A stretch of DNA of 62,736 nt, the filler included, from Candidatus Zapsychrus exili (lineage in GTDB: Bacteria; Omnitrophota; Gorgyraeia; Zapsychrales; Zapsychraceae), in the NCBI GenBank assembly GCA_030765585.1. It is 6 parts of 6 records of this genome, joined end to end, with 100 filler letters (N's around TTAATTAATTAA, not from the genome) between each part and the next. Parts side by side here need not be neighbours in the genome. Positions count along the whole stretch, not along the records: positions 1 to 27,900 come from JAVCCJ010000107.1; 5 more parts are not named here. The stretch is one strand, 5' to 3'. The translations under genes and the position numbers were made by a program. The notes beneath the pieces were generated by a model that saw nothing but the letters and a program-made list of their open reading frames with translations, was not told where the DNA came from and did no database searches. Below are positions 1-8,910 of this stretch, one piece after another (position 1 is the first letter of the stretch; each line of letters begins with the position of its first letter).

Positions 1-3000
1 CTTTCTTTCTTCGTAAATAACTTTCCTTTTAAAGCTGGGTTTAAAGAAAGCTTTAGCTTTTTGTTTTGATCCAAAGAAAAAGGATTTTTACCAACGTTCA
101 TCAATAACCATATATGGACAAATTCAGCCGTACTTCCTGAAAGGCGAGCGACAAATCCTCTTCCGTGCAAATCACTATCATTGTGGGAACTGCTTACTAT
201 AAAAGAAGAATTTTCAAGAATGCTTCTTCCATAAACATAAGGATCTAAAAATGGAACTAAAACATTTTCCAAATTATCATAAAACTCGTCATAAAGCTCT
301 GACTTCAATAACTCTAAAATAAATTTATATTCCATGTGGAGCCATATTGACTCATTTTCTAACCATCCTGATGGAAATATCCTTGCCCTTCCTATCTCTT
401 CGGTTTCTTTTGAAAGACTAGTATTTACTTTATACATTTTTAGCTTCTTATCAAAAAGATCGCTCTTTCTTACTTTCTTGTAAAGTTGCTGTGCTTGTAA
501 TTTATTTTCTGCAACTCTAAACGCATGGACATTACCTTCTAAAAATGATGGCAAAGCATGTATCTTAAACTTTATAGGCTTAACAAAGGAGATTCCTTCA
601 GCATTTTCCCTATTAAGAGTCCTATAATTTTTTATTTCATGATAAAAATATGTTCTTAAATTTCCATCACTATCTTCTGCTAGCTTTTGAGATTTAACTG
701 TCTTTTTAACTATAGCTTTAAGAAATTTATTTACATTAGCTACTGTTATTTCTTTTTCTTCTCCCTTTATGCCATCTCTAGTCAACTTTCTAAAACGCTC
801 TTTAAGACTATTTGACTTATCCCAATAAGAGCAAGAAGCGCCGCCAACAACTAGAACATTAGTCAACCCTGATAAGAAATCAAACAATTCGCCAAAAATA
901 AGAATCTTGTAATTGTCTTCTAAACATAACTCTTTCATGCTTGTCAATAAAAATTCTGCAAGCCTTCTTATTTCTAAAGTTTCCGACAATGAAGAACCCA
1001 TAAGGCCGGGAAGCCCATTTAAAGCATCATACCAGTTTGGCTTATCAGCTTCCATCTCAACGCCTACTCCGCTAGGGTCAAGAGTTGCAATTTTGTTTGC
1101 GATAAGACAAAGTAGTTTACAAATCAATATTGTATTATAAACCGCACCTTCCCCATTTCTTTTTCTTAATTTATTTCCATTCTTTTTTGCCTTTAATTCA
1201 TTATTGCCTTTTGCTACTGAACTATACTGCCTTACGCCATTATCAGTAGAAATAAAGCGACTATCACGTTCCAGCATATAATTCTCGTAGGGATAAAAAC
1301 TAAAAATCTTTTTCTTTAACAATAAATCTTTTAAGTTCTCTGGATAAAGAGCAAGATAGCTTTCTATCATATCCATATTATAGGTCCAATGATCTATCCA
1401 AAACCCTTCACCATGATCTGCAGATTCATGTGCTTTGGAGATCTCTAATATTTTTGATAAGAAATCTTTCAAAGAAACCTTAAATTTTATATTATTTTTT
1501 ACAATAAATTTAAGCAATTCCCCTGGTTGAAACTCCTGACTTAGAAATTCTCTTAGCCTATTTTCGCTCTCTTTTGCTTTGCAAAGCTTCAATATTTCAT
1601 TTACTTTTTTATTACCTTCCAACAAAAATGCTGTTCCGCGAACTACTAAAGGATTATATCCATCAGCCTGAATTAAATTAAGAAAGCTTACAAGATGATT
1701 ATCGCCAACATCTTTATTGAACCAAGTATCATTTCTTCTATTTTGGTTAACATCCCTATAATTTCCATTTCCTTGCGAAAAGAATGTAGGAGATACTGTA
1801 AAATAGTTATAGTCTCTTTCAAGGTCGCCATGTTTACGACTAAAAACATTAAAAGCTATGCTTCCATCTTTTGTTTTTAAAGATACTGGCATACCTCCCC
1901 TTAAAACATTGTCCATGAAAGTATGAGAAGAATATAAATCAAATTCTTTAGAAGAACTTCTTGTCAAAGAAAAACTTCTTATTTTATTTATAATATTTTT
2001 ATTTCTGTCCGCTTTATTATCAATAAATCCCTTCTTAGTCGCAGACGATACTATTTTATTTAATTGCTCAATAGTATCAGCATATCCCATTAAAGATGTT
2101 ATTTCCTTACTATCTTTAGGCTTAAGATTAAATTTACCATGACTCATAGCAGATGGTGTTCTATTGTCTGTCTGTTGCGCTTTAGGAATCTTAAAACCAT
2201 CCTCTAAAAAGTTTACAGGAGCTGCAAAATCTTTAGCATCATCAAAAATAACAGCTGTTTCGACTATCATATCAAGAAGTTCATTTTTGCTTTTCTTTGA
2301 ACTTGAATCAAAACTAAAATAAAAGTTACCTTCTTTGATATGCTTTACCTGAGGCTTGTCGGAAACTTCAACATTAAGCTGATAATAAGGCGCTTTCTTA
2401 TCTGTATTTCTTACCTTTATCCACGCCTCAACAGTTCTTGACATATTCTTAATAACCCAGTCAGTCAAGCCATAAGGCACAATCATAGGAGCACCATCTA
2501 TAATCTCCAATTCGCATTGCTTGTTAGAAATATTCTCAACAGATACTCTTCTTGCCAGAGCTGCAAAAGGCTCATCTGGTATAGTAAAATAATTCACCTT
2601 AACAACTAATCCTAAATCATAATTTATCTCTTCTATGGTAAGATCATGAGCGGTTACTGACATCGTCTGTTTCTTTTTAAAATTAGTGCCTAATAAATTA
2701 TTTTGAAAAGGTTCATAATAACTCTTTTTATTCCCTGATTTTATCTTAATAAATGTTCTAAATCCCTGCAAAGGCGTAAATCTATACGACTTATTTGCTG
2801 GATGAAACTCCATAATAGCTTTATCTTTTGACTCAATCCCACAACTAGCAATTGCCTGGCCTCTATTAACGTAAAAAACCCACATAGGCGTACCCCAAAC
2901 CCCTGCTATACCGGGGAAAAAGTTACTAAAAGATTGACTTTGATTATAATTTTCTATAACAAAGCTATCATCTTCTTCTAAAATATATTTTGCTTTTTTT

Positions 3001-3020
3001 GTTTCTTTTGTTTTTATCAT
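1..3020 (-). CDS. GH161-like beta-1,3-glucan phosphorylase (often annotated cellobiose phosphorylase); >1000 aa, 3' end outside window
   Basis: Missing from ORF track (no stop in window). Manual translation of segments from ATG 3020: MIKTKETKKAKYILEEDDSFVIENYNQSQSFSNFFPGIAGVWGTPMWVFYVNRGQ..., later GEGFWIDHWTYNMD, WYDALNGLPG, GWLENESIWLHMEYK, GFVARLSGSTAEF; motifs recalled as typical of GH161. Confidence 0.8.
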   Translation of the reverse strand, partial: MIKTKETKKAKYILEEDDSFVIENYNQSQSFSNFFPGIAGVWGTPMWVFYVNRGQAIASCGIESKDKAIMEFHPANKSYRFTPLQGFRTFIKIKSGNKKSYYEPFQNNLLGTNFKKKQTMSVTAHDLTIEEINYDLGLVVKVNYFTIPDEPFAALARRVSVENISNKQCELEIIDGAPMIVPYGLTDWVIKNMSRTVEAWIKVRNTDKKAPYYQLNVEVSDKPQVKHIKEGNFYFSFDSSSKKSKNELLDMIVETAVIFDDAKDFAAPVNFLEDGFKIPKAQQTDNRTPSAMSHGKFNLKPKDSKEITSLMGYADTIEQLNKIVSSATKKGFIDNKADRNKNIINKIRSFSLTRSSSKEFDLYSSHTFMDNVLRGGMPVSLKTKDGSIAFNVFSRKHGDLERDYNYFTVSPTFFSQGNGNYRDVNQNRRNDTWFNKDVGDNHLVSFLNLIQADGYNPLVVRGTAFLLEGNKKVNEILKLCKAKESENRLREFLSQEFQPGELLKFIVKNNIKFKVSLKDFLSKILEISKAHESADHGEGFWIDHWTYNMDMIESYLALYPENLKDLLLKKKIFSFYPYENYMLERDSRFISTDNGVRQYSSVAKGNNELKAKKNGNKLRKRNGEGAVYNTILICKLLCLIANKIATLDPSGVGVEMEADKPNWYDALNGLPGLMGSSLSETLEIRRLAEFLLTSMKELCLEDNYKILIFGELFDFLSGLTNVLVVGGASCSYWDKSNSLKERFRKLTRDGIKGEEKEITVANVNKFLKAIVKKTVKSQKLAEDSDGNLRTYFYHEIKNYRTLNRENAEGISFVKPIKFKIHALPSFLEGNVHAFRVAENKLQAQQLYKKVRKSDLFDKKLKMYKVNTSLSKETEEIGRARIFPSGWLENESIWLHMEYKFILELLKSELYDEFYDNLENVLVPFLDPYVYGRSILENSSFIVSSSHNDSDLHGRGFVARLSGSTAEFVHIWLLMNVGKNPFSLDQNKKLKLSLNPALKGKLFTKKE

Positions 3021-3047
3021 ATCTTAAAGTTTCCTTTGTCTTTATTT

Positions 3048-3833
3048 TTAATATGAATTCTTTAATTTTCTGAATAAATTATAATATCCGGAAAATTTAA
3101 CCCACATAGCTATATTTGATATATCTCTATTGCTCATGCGAACTCTATTTAATTCAAACAAATCTTTATTAAAACGATCAAAACCCCTATTCGTTGCAAA
3201 TGCTGCTTTGTATCCAGCCTCTTTTACTATATCTTTAATTCCTTCGCTAAAACCCCCTATTGGATAGGCTATAAATTTTATATTCTTTCCAAGATTTCTT
3301 TCCAATATTATCTTGCTTGTTATTATCTCGTCTCTTTGACTCTCTATTGAAACATCAGGAAGATAAGCTTCTGTTCTTGTATGAGACCCTATTTTAGATC
3401 CATGCAAAAATATTTCACTTAAATCATTCCAGCTCATACGACCTTCCAGCCCTACCTTATCAGATGGAACAAAAAAAGTTGCAACTAATCCATATTTCGA
3501 CAAAACAGGCAATGCTTTTGTATAATTATTCTTACTTCCGTCATCAAAAGTTATCAATATCGTATTTCTAGGCAATATTTCATTATTTTCAATAAAACGT
3601 AAAAATTCATCTATATTTATAACATTGTAATTATGCTTCTTTAAATAGCGCATCTGTATATCAAAATGCTTTGGACTAACAAAATTTGGCTCATAATGAT
3701 CAAGGCTTTTTATCTCATGATACATTAAAATAGGGACAACATATTTATCAGCCAGCCAAACCTTAAATATCAAGGCAGAAATACAAACAAAAAAAACTGC
3801 AATAATGAATATTTTCTTTGTTTTATGCATCAA
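3048..3833 (-). CDS. Polysaccharide deacetylase (CE4/NodB domain) with N-terminal membrane anchor
   Basis: PILMYH, TFDDG, GSHT, AYPIG motifs. Confidence 0.9.
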   Translation of the reverse strand: MMHKTKKIFIIAVFFVCISALIFKVWLADKYVVPILMYHEIKSLDHYEPNFVSPKHFDIQMRYLKKHNYNVINIDEFLRFIENNEILPRNTILITFDDGSKNNYTKALPVLSKYGLVATFFVPSDKVGLEGRMSWNDLSEIFLHGSKIGSHTRTEAYLPDVSIESQRDEIITSKIILERNLGKNIKFIAYPIGGFSEGIKDIVKEAGYKAAFATNRGFDRFNKDLFELNRVRMSNRDISNIAMWVKFSGYYNLFRKLKNSY

Positions 3834-4282
3834 TTATTCCCCAATATACCTTTTTTTACCAACTCACTAACAAGTTTATTGTCTGCTCTTCCCTGAACCT
3901 TTTCCGCTATTATTTTCATTACGCGACCCATATCTTTCATTGATGAGGCCCCAACTTCTTCAATAGCCTCGGTAACCAAAGTCTTGATTTCTTCTTCAGG
4001 CAACTCTTCAGGTAGATAAGTTTTCAGAATATTTAACTCTTTAGTTTCTTTTTCAACCAAATCATCTCTATTAGCATCCTTAAACTGAGAGATAGAATCT
4101 TGTCTTTGCTTTATCTGTTTTTTAATAACAACTATAACATCGACATCCTCCAGCTTTTCAGCCTTTTTATCTATAAGAACATTCTTTATTTGAGCTCTTA
4201 AGAAATTTAATGTGGAAGACCGTAAAGAATCTCTCTGCTTCATAGCATCAACATAATCTTTGCTTATTCTTTCTTCTATCAT
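3830..4282 (-). CDS. yqeY: GatB/YqeY domain protein
   Basis: AMKQRD...KQRQDSI..F....RDDL..KE..E; KDMGRVMK. Confidence 0.92.
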   Translation of the reverse strand: MIEERISKDYVDAMKQRDSLRSSTLNFLRAQIKNVLIDKKAEKLEDVDVIVVIKKQIKQRQDSISQFKDANRDDLVEKETKELNILKTYLPEELPEEEIKTLVTEAIEEVGASSMKDMGRVMKIIAEKVQGRADNKLVSELVKKGILGNN

Positions 4283-4319
4283 TTTATACCTTTGTCTAGT
4301 ACTTATTCTTACTATTTAT

Positions 4320-4541
4320 TTAAATATTAATATTAACTGTTTTGTTGCGAGATTTCAATCCTTTTATTATATCTACCTTATTTTTCTTAACATTAAAATA
4401 CTTTGCCAAAAATAATAAAAGCGCCTTATTTGCTTTACCATCCACAGCAGGCGCCCTCAAATAAACCTTTAAATTGTTCTGTTCTTCTTTTACAAATTCC
4501 CTGCTTGAGCCAGGAACAACCCTTATTTCTATAGTTTTCAT
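4320..4541 (-). CDS. DUF167/UPF0235 (YggU-like) protein
   Basis: VVPGSSR...APAVDGKANKAL...IIKGLKSRNK. Confidence 0.9.
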   Translation of the reverse strand: MKTIEIRVVPGSSREFVKEEQNNLKVYLRAPAVDGKANKALLLFLAKYFNVKKNKVDIIKGLKSRNKTVNINI

Positions 4542-5308
4542 GGCAACATAATATCATAAGCATGCGTTTTAAGCCATTTTTTATGATCCTGAAAATTAGG
4601 CAGCACTTTCTCCACCTTATTCCAAAACCTCTTTGAATGATTTGGAACAAGCAAATGGCAAAGCTCATGAACAACGACATAATCTACAACATTTATGGGA
4701 GACAATATAATATGCCAATTAAGATTTATAGACTGTTTATTATAATCGCAATTCCCCCAAAGCCTTTTTTGGGTTCGTACTGATATCTTCTTTGGCTCTA
4801 TTCCAATAATTCTCGAATAATAAAATAATCTTCCTCCCAATATTTCATCGGCTTGAAGACGATACCACTTAATAAGCTTTTCTTTTATAAACTTATTTTT
4901 CTCGGCAAGTACCACTCCGATAGGTATAAATAACTTTAAATGTATGCCATCAAATTCCATTTTTGTTCTTTTGATCTCTTTTTCAATTACTTCCAACTTA
5001 AAACTTTTCCCTAGAAATAAAAACTTCTCTCCGTCTTCAAATTTTCTTGAATTTACAGATGCCTTATTCTTTAAAGCATCTTGTTGTTTATGTACTATCC
5101 ATGCTTGCTTTTGTCTTATAAAATCAAATATAGATTTATCCGACGAGTGTTTTGGAGCATACACTGTTACTTTTGAATTTTCATCTACAGAAATAGCAAT
5201 AGCTTTTCTAAAGGATTTCTTAAAAACAAATAAAATCTCTCCGTCTTTTGTAACAATGGAACGATTGGTTGTAGCAATGGATTTTGGAAATCTAGCGCCT
5301 CGTCTCAT
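4538..5308 (-). CDS. YgjP-like (DUF45) zinc metallohydrolase
   Basis: WGNC, DYVVVHELCH (HExxH), NHSKRFW. Confidence 0.9.
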   Translation of the reverse strand: MRRGARFPKSIATTNRSIVTKDGEILFVFKKSFRKAIAISVDENSKVTVYAPKHSSDKSIFDFIRQKQAWIVHKQQDALKNKASVNSRKFEDGEKFLFLGKSFKLEVIEKEIKRTKMEFDGIHLKLFIPIGVVLAEKNKFIKEKLIKWYRLQADEILGGRLFYYSRIIGIEPKKISVRTQKRLWGNCDYNKQSINLNWHIILSPINVVDYVVVHELCHLLVPNHSKRFWNKVEKVLPNFQDHKKWLKTHAYDIMLP

Positions 5309-5422
5309 AAGTTCATAACCATTTTATTATGATTGAAACTAAAGAATGTGCTTCTTTCTAAAGCAATAATGAAACTGAAAAACACATTACTAATCATTTT
5401 GGGAGGGCAAAAAGAGGGCAAA

Positions 5423-6562
5423 TTATTTCTTAAAGAAATCTACGTTGATATTAACTTTTCCTTTTGAATTCATACTCTTACCTGAATCTAGAGCATTATA
5501 CTTTTCAATATCAACTTCAACATTTTGTCCATTCTTAACAAAATATCCGTTATTACCTAAAAGAGATTTAATCATATCTCTTTCTTTAAAAGCAGCTGTC
5601 TTAGCGCGATTAGCTTCACGCTTAAAATTCTTTATCTTTCTTTTAACCAACTTCATTCTTTGCTTAAATATGCTGGTCAATTCCTTAGCCTCTTCTATAT
5701 TATCAACATCTCCAGAATAATACCTAAGCTGGTTTTGCAATATAATCATTTCATAATTAATTTGAGACTCTGTTTCCTCTAATGAAGCTATCTTTTTCGT
5801 AAACTCTGTTTTCATTTCGTCGCTTCTAATTTTAAAATTTTCAAAATCTTTACTAAGCTTAGAATTATTGTCCTGAGCGCTTAAAAGCAAGGTTTCTGTC
5901 TCTAATAACGCTTTTTTTGCTGCAGATAAATCCTGCGCAACTGAAGAAAGTACACCCTTCGTAGAGCTAAGTTCGCTGGTCATTCCTACGAGCTTCACTT
6001 GACTTTTTTGATATAACTCAGAATAATTCTGTGTAAGTGATGCCTGCTTTATAGTTACTCCAAGCATCTTGCTACTAGACTTAGAAACATTTTTATAAAT
6101 TTCACCGCCCAGCCATAAAATATATACAGTAAGAGAAACAATAGCTAAAAACAAAAGAGCACTAAATAACATACGCGCCATTTTTATTCTCTTTAAACGA
6201 TTCATTCCAGACTGAATTCTTTTAAATAATTTAGAAGAAACGTCCTCTTTGACATCAAAAAATTCTATGCCACAAATATTATTATTCTTTTTAAAACGTT
6301 TTGATTTGTGCCAGACTATTTTACCTCTATCAGGTATATAGTCACCTTTTTTTGAAAGCGGTTCAAAAGAAAAAACAGAATTATCAGCAGGTGTTAAATC
6401 TGAATCGGTCTCAATAAGCATACCAGATGAACTAATATTATGCACTCTAGCAGAACCATTCAAATCACTATCATGAAGGTACCATTTAATACGGCTTTTT
6501 TCTTGTATTCTTAAATTAGTTCGAGCGTCGTTTAAGACAACTCCAGAATGATTATTAATAAT
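5423..6562 (-). CDS. PilZ-domain membrane protein with C-terminal coiled coil; start probably upstream of the ORF-track TTG at 6463
   Basis: Frame open to 6571 and encodes RTNLR (RxxxR, 6509-6523) before NISSSG (NxSxxG); GIEF; one TM helix; long heptad region. ATT start at 6562/6559 is a guess. Confidence 0.75.
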   Translation of the reverse strand: MINNHSGVVLNDARTNLRIQEKSRIKWYLHDSDLNGSARVHNISSSGMLIETDSDLTPADNSVFSFEPLSKKGDYIPDRGKIVWHKSKRFKKNNNICGIEFFDVKEDVSSKLFKRIQSGMNRLKRIKMARMLFSALLFLAIVSLTVYILWLGGEIYKNVSKSSSKMLGVTIKQASLTQNYSELYQKSQVKLVGMTSELSSTKGVLSSVAQDLSAAKKALLETETLLLSAQDNNSKLSKDFENFKIRSDEMKTEFTKKIASLEETESQINYEMIILQNQLRYYSGDVDNIEEAKELTSIFKQRMKLVKRKIKNFKREANRAKTAAFKERDMIKSLLGNNGYFVKNGQNVEVDIEKYNALDSGKSMNSKGKVNINVDFFKK

Positions 6563-6757
6563 ATTACACCACTACATATAAGTTAATATTTAATAAATAT
6601 AATGAAAAAATCTTGGCTGGTATTATTAGTATATACGGAAATTTTTAAAAAAACAAGTGAAAATGCCCAGATTTCGTAATTTTTTATAAAAACATAAAGC
6701 CTTAAAGGCTAACAAGTTACAAACATTTAAACAATATAATACAAATAATATTAATTA

Positions 6758-8647
6758 CTATTTAAAAATTGCATCCAACACATTTTCAATAATAACTGCT
6801 TCTGGTCTTACCTCTCTCTTTTCTTGTGTTTGAGAGCCTCCTTCAGAACTTTCTGATTGAGATTCAACCTGAGCTTCCCCATCTGACAAATTACCCCCCA
6901 AATCAAGAGCTTTAAATATCGCTTTTTTTAATTCCTGCCTTGCTCCATCTTTTATAATTTTCTTGCCCAAATATTCTAAATTAGGAAATACCCTAAAATC
7001 TCTCAATTTTCCAGAATAATACTGAAATGGTATATGTATTTGTTTCTTTTCATTGAGCAAATAAGATAGCTCTTTAGAAGCAGCTATAAGATTAGCTGAC
7101 AATTCTTCCTCAATATAAAAATCAGTTGCTATCTTTAAATTTTGCTCAAAATCCATCTCCCCCTTTGCCTTAATTAGAAATCCCTCCATAACAACTAAAG
7201 CTTCTTTAAACGTAAAAATTCCATCCTTAATATCTAAGTCCAACTTTGCCTTCTTTATTGTTGTGTCTTTTAATTCAAGTATTTGTTTATATTTCTCATC
7301 TAGACTGTCAAATATTCTCTCCAACAAATTAGGAATAATAGAAATTTTGTTTAAAACTAACTTTAAAACATTTATATCGACTAACTTTCCATTATTTATA
7401 CGAACAACAGAGGTTGCATTTAAACCTCTTTTAACATCCTCTAAAACAATACCAGTCCCTTCTCCTTTTATTTCTCCAAAAACACTACCCTCTATCTTAA
7501 CTGGCGAAATTTTATCGCTAATCAATTCCTCCAATCTCAAATCCTCAAGCCTTGTATTAAAAGTAAAATCTTTTTCTTTCAAATATTCATGTACTTTCAA
7601 ATTTCCTACAATTCTTCCCGATGCGACATTCATAAACAAATCATTTATAGAAATATCAGATTCTGTAGCTTCAAATGCTACATCGACATTTTCTATTTCA
7701 TACTCTAAATATTTTATTTTAATTTTTCCATCATTTAAACTGCCGTCTGAAGACAAAACAAGCAAACCGCCTTTACCTAAAATCATTTGATTAACTTTCA
7801 CACTAATTTTCCCAACCAAATTTCTTTCTATTCCTAATTGACTTAAAAAACTTATGTCCGATATAGCTCTATCAACCGATATATCAGCTAAATCTGTTTT
7901 TATTTCTAAACCATCAATGCGTATTTGCGTGTTGTTATCGTCAAATTTAGCCCTACTCCTTAAGCTTATATTGCTTTTATCAGACCATAGAGCACACTCT
8001 GCCTTAACAGTAAAAGCATCCTCAAAAGAGAAGTTTAGCACCTCTATATCCAATTTATCTAAAGTAATATTTACATCAGATCTTCCTTTGTCTATAAAAA
8101 CAACTTTACCATTCTTTACTCTAATATTGTTTATGAGCAGCTGCGACGGTAAACTTTTCTCTTGAGACATAATACTAGCCGCGTTGTCGCTCTTGGAAGC
8201 TTCTTTCTTGTTTTGGACTTCTTTAGCTTTAGCATCTTTTAAAGAAGCTAATCTTTGTATATTCATTTCTCCGATTTCATTTCTTATTATATTTATCGTC
8301 GGAGACAAAAGCTCAACCTTTAATATTACAAGCTTTCGTTTTAAAATAAGCGCCAACGTATCTACGTCTAGCCTAGCTGAAGATACTTCTATAATCTTGT
8401 TCTTACTAAAATCTATGTCATCAGAGATAGCAAGATTATCAATTCCTAATACTATGCCGCTAGTAATTGATATATCAAGTGATATACTGTCCATATAAAC
8501 TTCTCTGTTCAATACCTTCACTATTTGCTCTGTAATCTTAGACTTGAATTTATTTATATCTACAGTCTTAACAAAAATAAATATTGCCAAGAATGAAACT
8601 AAAATTAAAACAATTATTACGATAAAAATAACTTTAAGCAGTTTCAT
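6758..8647 (-). CDS. AsmA family protein
   Basis: N-terminal TM followed by D.NKFK..I...I...L.REV; beta-rich body, AsmA-like C-terminal region. Confidence 0.8.
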   Translation of the reverse strand: MKLLKVIFIVIIVLILVSFLAIFIFVKTVDINKFKSKITEQIVKVLNREVYMDSISLDISITSGIVLGIDNLAISDDIDFSKNKIIEVSSARLDVDTLALILKRKLVILKVELLSPTINIIRNEIGEMNIQRLASLKDAKAKEVQNKKEASKSDNAASIMSQEKSLPSQLLINNIRVKNGKVVFIDKGRSDVNITLDKLDIEVLNFSFEDAFTVKAECALWSDKSNISLRSRAKFDDNNTQIRIDGLEIKTDLADISVDRAISDISFLSQLGIERNLVGKISVKVNQMILGKGGLLVLSSDGSLNDGKIKIKYLEYEIENVDVAFEATESDISINDLFMNVASGRIVGNLKVHEYLKEKDFTFNTRLEDLRLEELISDKISPVKIEGSVFGEIKGEGTGIVLEDVKRGLNATSVVRINNGKLVDINVLKLVLNKISIIPNLLERIFDSLDEKYKQILELKDTTIKKAKLDLDIKDGIFTFKEALVVMEGFLIKAKGEMDFEQNLKIATDFYIEEELSANLIAASKELSYLLNEKKQIHIPFQYYSGKLRDFRVFPNLEYLGKKIIKDGARQELKKAIFKALDLGGNLSDGEAQVESQSESSEGGSQTQEKREVRPEAVIIENVLDAIFK

Positions 8648-8910
8648 TTTTTCTCCTTATCAAACATATCAATTATAGAACTATTATTTCTTCTTCTTTA
8701 AAACCTGACTTGTTGCAAATTACTTTTAATTTATATCAAGAATTCGCTTTTGTCTCATATCATAATTTAAAGTTATTTGTAATAGAGAATGCGCCAAAAC
8801 AGCTACACTTTACAAAATAAATAAGAAAATTAATAATTTAACAATATTAAACATTTTCAGGAATTTATTAAATCGCGGTTAATTCTTGCGTGGACTGTAG
8901 AATAAAACTA

